Shown piece by piece: positions 1 through 12,000 of a DNA stretch of 64,000 nucleotides. The stretch lies in assembly GCA_951406725.2 (NCBI GenBank), contig OX597832.1, positions 29,450,001 through 29,514,000 on the forward strand, given 5' to 3'. Numbering within the stretch: the first letter of the stretch is position 1; the number at the start of each line of letters is the position of its first letter. The notes beneath the pieces are model-generated. The model did not search any database, was not told the DNA's origin, and worked only from the letters and a program-made list of their open reading frames with translations. Both the position numbers and the translations under genes were made by a program. The DNA is from Octopus vulgaris (Eukaryota).

Positions 1-58
1 AAAAGGCGGTGCTCCAGCATGGCCGCAGTCAAATGACTGAAACAAGTAAAAGAAAAGA
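1..58 (+). mobile_element. 3' tail of SINE family A
   Basis: aaaggcggtgctccagcatggccgcagtcaaatgactgaaacaagtaaaaga is near-identical to the tails of full copies at 59967-60372 and 61518-61920. Confidence 0.85.
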
Positions 59-494
59 ATCTGAAGAACTGTTTGTTTGGGATGTTGATTGAAAATGGCA
101 GCAGAACAGACCGACCAAGAACAATGTATTCAGTACGGTTTATATAAATAGAGCATAGAGGAGTAGATCTAGTATACTGCAGGCAGTTCTTAATAGCATC
201 TATTCTGTATATCGGCAATTTGAATGGCTTAATGGAAGCCTTGCTGTCTCTGCTTTCTACTGTGAGGTTACAAGTGTTCTTAATAAGTACTCCATCACTG
301 AGGAAGATATCATGAGAGGATGACTCTAAGTTAACCAAGCTGACAAGAGATATCAGATGCATACAAATATCTAATTACGCTATAAAAGTGGATATCCACG
401 AGGAACCGAATTTTTATAAGATATCAGATACGCGATTCTAATAGTTATTAGCTGTCGATATTTGACTCATCAATAAAACCATTCTAACCACATC

Positions 495-1035
495 GCAACA
501 CAGATACTGTACTGTGTGTGTGTTACACTGACCACATTACAACAGAGAAACTGTAGTGTGTTACAGTCATCACGTCACAGAGAAACTGTACCGTTACACT
601 CACCATATCAAAACAGAGATGCTGTACTGTGTTACACTCATCGTGTTACAGAGAAAACTGTAGTGTGTTACACTTCCCACATCAGAGAAACGTAGTGTGT
701 TACACTCACCATGTCACAACAGAGATATTGTGTGTGTTACAGTCACCATATCACAACAGAGATATTGTGTGTGTTACACTCACCATGTCACAACAGAGAT
801 GCTGAAGTGTGTTACACTCACTATGTCACAACACAGAAAACGTAGTATATGTTACACTTATCACATCACAGAGACACTGTACTGTGTGTTACACACACAT
901 CACAAAATACACTGTATATTATGTGTTACACTTACCATCAAAACATAGATACTGTGTGTGTTACATTCACAATCACAACAGAGATACTCTGTGTGTGTGT
1001 GTGTGTTACACTCACCGTGTTGCAACAAAGATACC
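495..1035. repeat. Minisatellite, ~35-40-bp unit (gtgtgttacactcaccatgtcacaacagagatact), about 14 copies
   Basis: gttaca recurs about every 35-40 bp with a conserved cacaacagaga motif; explains the ORFs starting at 697, 809 and 849. Confidence 0.9.
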
Positions 1036-1079
1036 CTGGTATGTCAGAAATTACATGCATCTCCACAATTATTGCAAAA

Positions 1080-1330
1080 ATGAAAAACCAAAAGAAACAA
1101 CTTGGCAAGATTAATTACCGAAGACAGCGTATTCCTGAGAAACTGGAGAAGGTTGTGTGCAAACCAGACAGCTCCACCGCCTCAATGTATAATGTATCAG
1201 CCAAGCTTTGTTGGCATTGTAATAACAGTGCATTGTAATAAAAACTAGGCATGTCCTCCCTCCACACTCCGTAAAACAGAAGTCTTTGGTGGAACCGGCT
1301 GCCTGACTTCCCCCCCGACTCCATTAATGA
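1080..1330 (+). mobile_element. Possible highly decayed LINE ORF2 C-terminal remnant
   Basis: Translation ...KLEKVV...TASM...AKLCW... and ...WWNRLP resembles the LEKVQ...L.W..L...WN.LP pattern of CR1/L2-group ORF2 ends; stops present. Confidence 0.3.
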
Positions 1331-1518
1331 ATCTGTTAAATGCCAACAATGGTTATTAAATACTGTGGACAATTTATAACCAATCTCTTCTAAATTGAGG
1401 ATTCAAAACTGCTTATAAAGGTTAGTGTCCAGCTGGAGCACCTACGTAACACATTCAGCAGGGATACCAATGTGGAGTATGAGATTAGACAACTGTGACA
1501 AAATTACTCCTAAATTAC

Positions 1519-2157
1519 AAGGCAGCAAGCTGGGAAAAACCATCATCGTACTGGGCAAAATGCTTAGCGGCATTCTTTTACACTTGTATTCTTTTGTTTC
1601 AGTCATTTGACTGTGGCCATGCTGGAGCACCGCCTTTAGTCGAATGAATCAAGCCCAGGACTTATACTCTGTAAGCCTAGTACTTATTCTATTGATACTT
1701 TTTGCTGAACTGCTAAGTTACGGGGACATAAACACACCAACATTGGTTGTCAAGCGATGGTGGTGGTGGGGGACAAACACACAAATACATATGCATATAT
1801 ATATATATATATATACATATATATGTATGTATTATACAACAGGCTTCTTTCAGTTTCCAACCACCAAATGCACTCAAAAGGTTTTGATCAGTCTGAGGCT
1901 ATAATAGAAGACACTTGCCCAAGGTGCCATGCAGTGGAACTGAACTTGGAACCATGTGGTTGGGAAGCAAGCTTCTTACCACACAGCCATGCCTGCGCCT
2001 ATTCTGTCTGTCTTTACATTCTGAATTCAAATCCTATCGGGGCCCACCTTGCCTTTCATATTTTCAAGGTCAATGAAGTAAGTACAAGTTGACCGTTGGG
2101 GCTCGATGCAATCCCCTCGCATGCTTCCCCGAACTTTCTGGCCTTGTGCCAAATTTC
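1519..2157 (+). mobile_element. SINE family B split by a family-A insertion (head 1519-1576, body 2001-2157)
   Basis: Head aaggcagcaagctgg...aaatgcttagcggcatt resumes after the A copy as tattctgtctgtctttacattctgaattcaaat...ttgcctttcat. Confidence 0.75.
1577..2000 (-). mobile_element. SINE family A, full length (tRNA-like head, CORE-like ccttgggcaagt segment, internal microsatellite)
   Basis: Reverse complement aligns end to end with the copy at 59967-60372; A-box-like tggctgtgtgg and B-box-like ggttcaagttc. Confidence 0.9.
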
Positions 2158-2945
2158 CTATTTCCTAAATTGCAAGGAACTTTTAACAGCCAACATTTTG
2201 CCCCAATTCTTTGATGTTGAGTCATAATTCTATCCATGGACAAATTGCTAATAATCCCAGAAAATCTCGTGGATGAGCTAACTGACTTGAGCTATGTCAA
2301 AGTGTCCCGTCTAGTGGACACATGGGAATGAGATCAATGGATTTCATCCTAAAACCTATTGGCAGGCGGTCAAAGGTGGGCAAAAGTGGACAATGGTGAG
2401 ACACGCTGGATGTTTCGTGTTGTCCAGCTTCGTGATATTTTGTTGCTTTGAGTTATAATCCCTTTGGTCAACATTTTAGAGAATCAAAGGCCAGTTTGGG
2501 GGGGGAGAGAAAAGACAGAGCAGGAGAGAAGGTCAGTAAAGGTCAGTAAATAAGAGGACTGTTATTAGAAGGAAAGAGAAGCAGAAAGAAGTGAAGAAAG
2601 AAGGAGAGAGGAAGAGAAAGAGGAAGCATGTGAGAGAGGAAATGAAAGAATGAGGGAACGGGTGGGGGACTTTAATCCGAGAAGGAATGTGTTGTAGGAG
2701 AAAAGCAGCAGCAATGTTTAATGGAAGAGAGAAGGATTTGTTATTCGATTTTTCAGCAAAGAAAGTAATTTGGGAAGCATCTTCAAAGAATTTACTTGGA
2801 ATCGGTAAATAGGATTTATTGGGAAATAAAGGGGCCCCACAGTCAAAGAGGAATTCTACAAAGAGTGGTAGATCTATGAAGGAGCTTTACTCCTTTGATA
2901 TCAAAAGGGTACTTTCTGCACTTAAAGACAGATAGTGCATGCAGT

Positions 2946-2982
<37 letters not shown>

Positions 2983-3084
2983 TCTACACGTGCATGTGTG
3001 CACAATCATATTCAACCCCCACCCCTGCATGCGCAGGTATTTGAACAAACAGATACACAACCTTTCTTGATTTAGTTAATGCTG

Positions 3085-3295
3085 CTGCTATTTAGCCCTA
3101 GGCTAGCCTGACAGTGCAGATGCTTGATCAAAGGCATTCCAGCCATGACCATCCTGTCTTCTTCTTATGCACTGTTACATACTGAACGTTTACATTATTC
3201 ATGTAGGCCTTTTCTGAGATGACAGAATGTGATTTGAGGGACGATTGACTGCTATTCGTAGCAAGTCTAGCAAACATTAGAGAGGCTCTTAATTG
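3085..3295. repeat. Dispersed ~200-bp repeat family E, (CAA)n-tailed. Other copies near 6460-6645, 8150-8320, 10150-10324, 11290-11480, 13310-13470, 14270-14500, 32110-32330, 32480-32655, 35030-35230, 46060-46265, 47420-47560, 59250-59790 and 63090-63400
   Basis: Shared motifs tttagccc.aggtcagcc, gatcaaaggcattccagccatgaccatc, acattatccaatgtgtcc and tgtgatttgagggagatttggctgctatttctagc in both orientations. Confidence 0.8.
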
Positions 3296-3408
3296 GTTTT
3301 GTTGATGTAATTAGTAACCATGGCAACACCACAAAGCAATAATGGAACTGCCATTCATGCTACATGATAGTGTTTCAAGGTGACCTGTTATCTTCATCTC
3401 TTCTACAA

Positions 3409-3856
3409 CATCATCATCATCATCATCATTTAACATCCGTTGTCCATGCTGGCATGGGTTAGACAGTTTGACCAGGACTGGTGAGCTGAGGGGCTGCACC
3501 AGACTCCAGCCTGATTTGGTATGGTTTCTACAGCTGGATCCCCTTCCTTACACCAACCACTCCAAGAGTGTAATGGATGGTATTGTGTGCCATGGGCACC
3601 GGTGCCAGTTGGGTGACACCAGTATCTGCCACAACTACGATTTCACTTGGCTTGATGGGTCTTCTTCTCAAGCACAGCATATTGCCAAAGGTCTCAGTCA
3701 TTCGTCCTTGTCTCCATGAAGCCCAACACCATCATGTAGCATTAATGGCAGTTCCATTATTGCTTCGTGGTGTTGCCATGGTTACATGACACTGGTATCG
3801 GCCACATTGCCTTCATGAGGACCAAAAACTCAAAAAGTGCTTTTTATGTGCCACCG
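3409..3856 (-). mobile_element. RTE-type LINE 3' end (family C) with (GAT)n tail and the last ORF2 codons
   Basis: Tail catcatcatttaacatccgttgtccatgctggcatgg; the minus strand of ~3650-3725 translates LGFMETRTND*DLWQYAVLEK, matching the RTE ORF2 terminal LGL....DR..WR pattern. Confidence 0.75.
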
Positions 3857-4007
3857 TGAGACCATAAAATCAAAAGTTCTGTTAAAAAATGGATGACACT
3901 CACTAGGGGTTAGTTAGGGATCAGAGTCCAAGATTTCTTCAAGAAATGATTGAATATGTTGGGTTCAGGTTTTGAGACATCCTAAGTGAAAGATTTTAAA
4001 ATGATAT

Positions 4008-4163
4008 AATGGACGGGTGGTGAAGATGCTTGCTTCACAGATATGTGGTTTGGGGTTCAGTCCCCCTGGACAGCACTTGGAGAAAATATTTTCTACCATG
4101 GTTCCAGACTGACCGAAGCTTTGTGAGCGAATTTGGTGAATGGAAACTATGTAGAAGCCTATC

Positions 4164-4199
<36 letters not shown>

Positions 4200-4420
4200 A
4201 CACACGTGTGAGGGTCTGTTCTTTGTGTTTGTCTCCCTCCAACTGACAAATGGTTTGTTTGTTTGTTTATGTCCCCATAACTTAACAGTTTGGCACAAAA
4301 AGACTGATACAATAAGGATCAGACTTCAAAACATTAATTACCGGGGAGAATTTAATTCATTAAAACTCTTCAAGGTGGTGCTCCAGTATGGTCACAGTTA
4401 ATTAATTACAACAATAGAAT
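4008..4420 (+). mobile_element. SINE family A, diverged
   Basis: Colinear with other A copies, with the internal (TG)n and the ggtgctccagtatggtcacag tail. Confidence 0.8.
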
Positions 4421-4472
4421 GAATAAACTAATAAACTAATCAAAGAATATGCTACACAGAACATTCTGTCTG

Positions 4473-4675
4473 ACGGCAGCAAGCTGGCAGAATCATTAGC
4501 AAGCATTTTGCCTGTCGTTAGATTCTGAGTTCAAATTCCGGCAAGGTCGACTTTGCCTTTCATCCTTTCGGGGTCGATAAATTAAGTACCAGCTATGCAC
4601 TGGGGTCGATGTAATTGACTTAATCCCTTTGCTTGTCCCCTCTGTGTTTAGCCCCTTGTGGGCAATAAAGAAATA
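4473..4675 (+). mobile_element. SINE family B with 15-bp TSD
   Basis: B-box gagttcaaattcc; central gtcgactttgcctttcatcctttcggggtcgataaattaagtaccag (resembles the Meta-SINE central domain as I recall it); TSD agaac(a/g)ttctgtctg at 4458-4472 and 4676-4690. Confidence 0.9.
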
Positions 4676-5250
4676 AGAACGTTCTGTCTGTGACTGGGAA
4701 ATATTCTGAGGCAGCCGCCATGTCAGAAATTCAGAGAAATTAAGATGGCTGCTTTGTGTTCTGCTTTCTTTCTTTTCTTCAGAAATTCTTCTTGGTGTTG
4801 CTAACCAATAAAAGTGACACCAACAGGCATTAAATACGATAAAAAATCCCTTGAGTGCCACTGATTCAAACAAATATTTGGATATTAAATTATTTAGCTC
4901 AACTCTGGTTAATCTGTTTATTTAATCTGGCAGGAAGTTACAATAGATGGGAAGATAAGCCAAACTGCTGATTCCTCACATTAAAACGATGATGATGACG
5001 ATCATCATCATCATCATCATTATCTTTATTTTGAACATGTATTTTTCCGCATTGGCATGTCTGCAACATGACATATCTCTATAGCTGTAGGACAGAATAT
5101 CTTTTGTATGGTATGTCGACACTTCAGTTATATAAGTTATATAGCTACACTAAGATACTACTAGATGTTATATCTACAATATGCTGTGTCTACACGGTAC
5201 CTCCTTTCAGTGTTTTGCCTCAGACCAGCAGCATCCCAACTCTGACAGTT

Positions 5251-5480
5251 TTAACCCTTTTGTTACCAACCCAGCTGAAACCGGCAATGGCTCTGTTGTA
5301 CAAATGTCTTGTTTCCATATGTTTTAAATTAAAATCTTCCACCAAACCTTAGTCACAATTCATGTTCCTAACACTAAGCTGAATGGTAACTAAGTTATTT
5401 TACTAAATTCTTTGTTATATTTAAAGTAATTGAAAGAAACATAGAACATCTCAAAATAAATACAGTAACGAAAGGGTTAA
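5251..5480 (+). mobile_element. piggyBac-like MITE (TTAA TSD, CCCTTT.GTTAC TIRs)
   Basis: ttaa|cccttttgttac ... gtaacgaaaggg|ttaa; near-identical copies at 5908-6139 and 51972-52201. Confidence 0.9.
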
Positions 5481-5809
5481 TATTTTTAAATTTAATAACA
5501 AAACAAAAGCAGGACATTTAGGAAATGAAATTCCTTAAAAACAAAATAGAATAAAACTGATCTTTTGTGATTTTAACATTTAGCAGTTGGGATGTGAATA
5601 AATCAGAGATGCTCTTTCTTTTCAGGCTGCAATTAATTAAAGCTGGCAATAGAAAATAACTGATGTAGTGAATGGTCACACATGGATTATAGCCATACTG
5701 TGTTACAAGATGGACGGGTAAGACAGGACTGGACACCCTGAGTGGATGTGGTGTATGACATAGATATGATATAGTGTAGATGTAATATTGTGTAGCACCA
5801 TCCTGTAGA

Positions 5810-6308
5810 CAGGGCTGAGGAGTCAGAATCATAGAGTTAGAAATAGTTAAGGTGGGGGTCAGAGTCGGTAAAATTATACTGACTCTGACTCACAATGTCT
5901 TTATTGTTTAACCCTTTCGTTACTGTATTTATTTTGAGATGTTCTGTATTTTTTTCAATTAGTTTGAAATATAACAAAAGAATTTAGTAAAATAACTTGG
6001 TTATCATTCAGCTAGTGTTAGGAACATAAATTGTGACTAAGGGTTTGGTGGAAGATTTTAATTCAAGACTTATGAAAACAAGACATTTATACTAAAGAGC
6101 CAGAGGTGGTTTCAGCCGGGTTGGTAACGAAAGGGTTTATATAAACCAGTTATAAGATATAGGCATACTTAAAGTACAAGTGTATGTATATGCTTTATGA
6201 GATATGTAGACCATAATAACTTAATTACATAAAGAGGAGTCAGAGTCACAGGTGCCAATAATGTCGGAGTCAGAGTCAAAGTTTTTCTGTTTCGACTCCA
6301 CAGCACTG
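5810..6308. mobile_element. hAT-like MITE with GGAGTC subterminal repeats, hosting a piggyBac-like MITE
   Basis: TIRs cagggctgaggagtc / gactccacagcactg (13/15 complementary); 8-bp TSD cctgtaga (5802-5809) / gctgtaga (6309-6316). Confidence 0.8.
5908..6139 (-). mobile_element. piggyBac-like MITE, inverted relative to 5251-5480
   Basis: ttaa|ccctttcgttac ... gtaacgaaaggg|ttta; the interior is the reverse complement of 5255-5476. Confidence 0.9.
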
Positions 6309-7114
6309 GCTGTAGACACAGTGTATTGTAGATATATTTCAGTCAGAAATATATCTTGAGTGGTACAGCCTCAAAAGTTCATTCTCACCAATTCTACAGA
6401 CCCCCTTAGTTTATTTGAGCAGATTTTAATGGAGATAAACAACAACATAAGCGATTGAAGGAGCCTTTATGTGGTCACTTGACTTGATGGAAATAGTAGC
6501 CAAATCACACCATGTTTTCTTAAATAAAGGAAGGATACATTAAATAATGTAGTTCTTGACATCCCTAAAGACAGGTTGGTCATTGCTAGAAAGCCTTTGA
6601 TCATAGGTCGGCTGGAAGAGGACAAACCAGGGGTTAAACAACAGCACTGAGAAAGGAGATCATCCTTTTGACTCAACTTGAACATTTTTTTCCAGTGAAG
6701 AATTTATAAGCAACAGAGAAATTCTTGCAGAACACCACCATAATCTTGGTGGGGAAGGGCATGACAGGAAATGGGGGGAGGGGGTAAAGTGAGAGTTTAG
6801 GGCTTGTGCGTTGATTAGAAACAAGTGAAGCAAGATTTCATAGTTAATTAGTGGAAGTAATCAGGATCGTTAACAGGACAAATATTGAGAGTGATTCACA
6901 AAGAAACAACCGAAAGGAAAACAAACGAAGAAAATGGAATCGAATGAAATGAAGGAAATTCTGAAGAAGAATCTGTGAGGTTATGGAAGAAACATGTGTG
7001 GAATGTGAATGTAGGCCATTGCAACAGCAAGAATATGGTTTCAATTAATTTAGTTAAACAGGAAGTTTCCAAATAAAAAGGGAGCAGACAGCGGGGAGAA
7101 GTGGGGGTCCTTAC

Positions 7115-7174
7115 TTCTGCTATTTCACAAGAAATATGGGTCGGCAACGAATTAGGATGTGATGACGGATAATC
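7115..7174 (-). other. Candidate 60-nt internal exon (DYPSSHPNSLPTHISCEIAE), unidentified
   Basis: Minus strand tttcatattttag|GAT...GAA|gtaagg; open in frame 0, length divisible by 3, CpG-retaining unique sequence; no recognisable homology. Confidence 0.25.
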
Positions 7175-7360
7175 CTAAAATATGAAACACCCCCAAATTG
7201 TAAACAACAACAATTAGAGTATTAAAATAATTCCTTGAAAAAAGTCAATTGGACTGACTCTTCCCTAAAGGGTGTCAAAGGATGTAACATGAAGCAGATG
7301 ACAGCTCAACTGAACTGGGGAGTCATTTCCAGCTTTTCCATTTCTTGGTGAGTAATATTT

Positions 7361-7394
7361 GCTGACAGCTGCTGCCACTACCATAGCTGCTACG

Positions 7395-7436
<42 letters not shown>
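7361..7436. repeat. (GCT)n trinucleotide tract
   Basis: Pure gct run at 7398-7436 with an imperfect upstream extension. Confidence 0.9.
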
Positions 7437-7438
<2 letters not shown>

Positions 7439-8699
7439 CAGTGGAGATGGATGTTGGATACTGAGTAATAAATATTCCCAGACAGACAGACATAACTCAA
7501 TAACTGTTATTTGGTTTAAAAAAAAAATTCCTACACCATTGCGGTTACTGCATTATGAAACATTGTGTGTTCAATAAGTTTGGTAGACACGCAGCTAATC
7601 CATTGGAATGGTAAAAAGACAGCTGATTGAGGGAGGATAGCACTTAACATTTGTACAAGCGTGGCTGGCTGTGTGCTTAACAATTCCACAATGGCATCGT
7701 TCCAGATTTGACCCCCCCTATGCACCACTTCGACTATGAGTCATCTACCACAGCCTTAGGTTGATCAACACCTTGTGAGTGGAATTTGCCGGAGGGGAAA
7801 CTGTGGAGAAGCCCATTTAACAGAGCAGTGACTATAAACAACTAACGCAAAGTATAGGGTTTTCTCTCTAAACAACCTCTCCCGTGCCAGTGGCAAGATA
7901 AAACTCGTCCAGTTCACACAGTAAAACATTTACCACACTAAATTCTCTCTCTCTCTCAAAGAATATATCTACTCCGCCACTCTTTTCGCTCTCTCTCTCT
8001 TTCAAAAGGTTTTCTTCTCCACAAGTCTTTTATTAAAGTATAAACTGACCAAAATATTTCAAGGATGGAACAGTACGATGGCCATCAAAATCAAAAACCA
8101 GAAATGCATTAATTAAAAACTATATGTGACCACAATTGATGATGATGATGATGTTTAACCCTAAGTCAGTCCTATGAACAGAGACATCAAATCATGATCA
8201 CCCACCCTATCCTTTATTCAAGTAATATATCTAGGGCTACAATTCCCAATGTGTCCTTCCTCTTGTCCAAGACAATAAGTCTGATTTGGTTTCTATTTCT
8301 AATGGATCAAGTAAAACGGTTCCCTTACTGGTCTACACACCACAGTTCTGAGGTGGGAGGCATAAAAGCAGTTACTAGAAAAGGAAGGGTGGGGCAGTAT
8401 ATGGGGTGACATGACAACAGGAGACAATTCCCCATTAGGAAGGAATAATACCAAGTATTGTTGTTCTGGTGGAACCCAGGAGATCAGATGACAGCTAAAA
8501 ATATGTATCATGAGTGTTTCTGTTTCTTTAGAAAGTTCTTATTGTCATTAGAGCCTCGATACAACCACAGTCTCAAGTAGATCTTCAAAAAGCTGTGCCT
8601 CTGAACAACATAATTTCTGATCCAAATTATAACGACTGCTTTTGATACATCTGAGGGATTGTGTCGAAGTAACATTAGTCATGTTCTGAATTGTCTATA

Positions 8700-9120
8700 T
8701 ACTATCACACCTCTTAGATTAATCTCTATTTAGACAAGATAAGCCAATCTCATCTTCATCTGTTAAGTCAATTTAAACAGGACATCCTCTTCAACATCTA
8801 TTAGATGGGCCTATTTAAAGAAGATAAGCCAGTCTTCCCTACATTTGTCTGATAGGTCTATTAAAACAATCCACCTTCTTCAACATCTCTTAGATGGGTC
8901 TGTTTAAACAGCATAAGCCAAATTCCTCAACAACCTTTAGACAGGTCTTTTTAAGCAGTGTAAACCATTTCCCTAATTCTCAACTCACAAATACATTCTG
9001 TTAGACATGTTGAAGCAACGTATGTCATCATTTCCTTAGAAGCACAGTCTCTTATTATGTTCACTTAAACACAAACAACTCTGTCCAACATTTCTGAGAT
9101 GGGTCGAAGCAATGTAGGTG
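8700..9120. repeat. Degenerate ~45-50-bp minisatellite, resuming at about 9840-10040
   Basis: Recurrent ttaaacaagataagcca...tcaacatct.ttagatgggtcta units. Confidence 0.7.
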
Positions 9121-9193
9121 TCTAAGCAATGTAGGGCCTTTTTTCTCATGTTCTTAGTTTACATGCATTAGAGAGGTATATTTTAACAACATA

Positions 9194-9590
9194 ACTCTTT
9201 ACTCTTTTTACTCTTTTACTTGTTTCAGTCATTTGACTGTGGCCATGCTGGAGCACCGCCTTTAGTCGAGCAAATTGACCCCAGGACTTATTCTTTGTAA
9301 GCCTAGTACTTATTCTATCGGTCTCTTTTGCCAAACCGCTAAGTTACGGGGACGTAAACACACCAACATCGGTTGTCAAGCGATGTTGGGAGGACAAACA
9401 CAGACACACAAATACATACACACACACACAGACACACACATGATGGCATTCTTTCAGTTTCCATCTACCAAATCCACTCACAAGGCTTTGGTCGGCCTGA
9501 GGCTATAGTAGAAGACACTTGCCCAAGGTGCCACGCAGTGGTCTGAACCTGGAACCATGTAGTTCGTAAGCAAACCACTCCTACACCTAT
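9194..9590 (-). mobile_element. SINE family A, near full length
   Basis: Reverse complement of the A consensus, with a (gagtaaaa)n tail. Confidence 0.9.
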
Positions 9591-10324
9591 AAAGTTATGT
9601 CCTTTTCATCATCACCAACCATTTAGCATCTACACCAACTACATCCAGCCGCCAAAAGTCTATTTGTTTTATGTTCAAACAGGCCAGATCTAGTCTTTCA
9701 CACCTACCTTACAAGGTCATTCTAAAAACATACAATCCCATCATTGAAATCTTGAAGCAACAGACAGATAACACATGATTAATTCAAAACAATTTGAATA
9801 AATAACCATTACATTTGACAGAATAAGCTGAATGCTAAACAGTCAAATCAAGCCAGCCAATCTCCTACACATTTTGGGCCTAATTTGACAACAAAAGCAA
9901 TTCTATTCAACATCTGTTTGAAATGTCTGATTTAGCAAAATAAGCCATTTTCCTCGACACCAGCTAAATTATGTCTATTTAAGCAACACAAGCAATTTTT
10001 TTCCATTCTCTGCTTGATATCTCATTTAAACATCTGACTGATAACATAGCAACACCCTTATCACCAGGAGTACCCAACCTTTTGGAATATTTACCCCTTG
10101 TTTTTATAATCTCATCACCAACAAAAAACCTCCGCAACGGAGAGCTGGTGGGGGCTCAGCAAGGTGAGTCATTCTGCTAGAAATAACAATCAAGTCACTC
10201 TTAAATCAGGTTCTATCATCTTAAAATGGAAGGGAACATTAGGGTAATGTGCTTACAGATATACAACAACACAAGATGGCCATGGATGGAATACCTTAGG
10301 TCAGGTCCAACCTGGGCCTAAATA

Positions 10325-10550
10325 TATTTCTTTATTACCCACAAGGGGCTAAACATAGAGGGGACAAACAAGGACACACAAAGGTATTAAGTCGATTACA
10401 TCGACCCCAGTGCGTAACTGGTACTTAATTTATCGACCTCGAAAGGATGAAAGGTAAAGTCGACCTCGGCGGAATTTGAACTCAGAATGTAACAGCAGAC
10501 GAAATACCGCTAAGCATCTCGCTCGACATGCTAACATTTCTGCCAGCTCA
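10325..10550 (-). mobile_element. SINE family B inserted in the tail of a family-E repeat, 11-bp TSD
   Basis: TSD gggcctaaata at 10314-10324 and 10551-10561. Confidence 0.9.
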
Positions 10551-10873
10551 GGGCCTAAATAACAATATTAAAAACAGAGTTTCAGGACCTTGTAACAAAC
10601 AGAACACAGGTTCAAATCAACGATGGATTCACAATGTATTAAAAATCCAAAGTCGTTAAGAGAGTGTGTGTGGGGAGTGGGAGTAGAACAGATATAGATG
10701 TTGTTGCTGTTGTTGCCATTGTTGTTATAAAGGCCCTGGTCAACTGCAATTCAGCAGAACAATAACAGCCAAACACAACTTCAAATTTCAAGACTTCGGA
10801 CATGCTGCACCTTCACATTACTAATCACCAAACTGCACACTCTGATACGCAGTGGTGTGCTGTATTGTGGTGT

Positions 10874-11201
10874 GAAGGCACATGGCCCAGTGGTTAAAGT
10901 GTCAGGCTCACAGCCATGAGGTTATGAGTTTGATTCCCAGACCGGGCTGTGTGCTGTGCTCTTGAGCAAGACACTTTATTTTCACGCTGCTCCAGTTCAG
11001 TTAGCTATAGAAATGAGTTGCGACATCACTGGTGCCAACTGTATCAGCCCCTTTGTCTTTCCCTCAGACAACATCCATGGAGATGGAAGGGCGACAACTG
11101 GTCTTCCAGAAACAACCTTGCCAGACTTGTGCCTTGGAGGGGAGCCTTCTTGGTGCAATCCCATGGTCATTCATGACCGAAGGGGGTCTTCACCTTTTAC
11201 C
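10874..11201 (+). mobile_element. SINE family D (tRNA-derived head, CORE-like cttgagcaagacacttt)
   Basis: A-box tggcccagtgg, B-box gagtttgattccc; colinear with 33436-33788 and 59301-59643. Confidence 0.9.
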
Positions 11202-11889
11202 CTATTGCATTGTGATGCAGTGTTGCACTCAGGACATGTTCTACTCTCTCCGCTGTCCAGTCAGTTTATGTATGCTTGGTCATTGCTAATGATTGGCCCC
11301 AGGTAAGCAACGGTCAAGCAGTTATAATGAAAGACACCTCAGCTGTCCTACATCCTGTCCTACATCAGGGACCACATTGTCCAATGCAGCTCTCTTTAAT
11401 TATGACACTATAGTGAGATATGAAAGGAATTTAACTCTTGTTTCTAGCAGGGTGATCAACACAAAGAGGAACCCTTGTTGGTTTATAGATTCAGTGGGTG
11501 GGTGGAGTGGAGGTTGGTAATTACTTACTTCATGTCATTGTGTCCCATTACAACAGAGATCAGGGGCACGTGTAGGTAAGAGGTGAACCCTTGATTCGTT
11601 TAGGAAAGCAGTAAGTCAGGATAAGAACCATAATGACTCATCTAACCCATGCCAGCTTAGAAACAAAGATGTGATGATGATGATAATGATGATGAGGAGG
11701 AGGAAGAGAAAAAGAGCAACAACAATGATTACGATGATGGTGAATAATGATGATGATGATGATATATATCACCGCCATCCCATTATTGCTAAAATGTTCA
11801 ACTGTGTTATAAAACAGTCATGCCATATGTTCCCTCAACACAGTATGGAAGGAATTCCACATTATTACAATGTTAAAACAATACTGCAC

Positions 11890-12000
11890 ATTATAGTATG
11901 GTGTGACAATGGTACAACAATGTTCTATAATGCAGTATGGTGTGACAATAGTAGTATAACAACATTCTACAATAAAGTATGGTAGGACAATGGTACTACA
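11890..12000. repeat. 42-bp tandem repeat, about 3 copies (agtatggtgtgacaatggtac...)
   Basis: agtatggt recurs with 42-bp spacing. Confidence 0.75.

Noticed and set aside
495-1035. CRISPR-like regular ~37-bp periodicity
   Set aside because: Contiguous degenerate tandem units with no unique spacers, no cas genes and a eukaryotic context: a minisatellite.
7359-7577. Poly-alanine ORF suggesting a transcription factor
   Set aside because: (GCT)n microsatellite, non-ATG start and no domain in the flanks.
10874-10950. tRNA gene (also the heads at 33436, 59301 and of families A and B)
   Set aside because: A/B boxes are present but there is no complete cloverleaf, and each continues into a SINE body.
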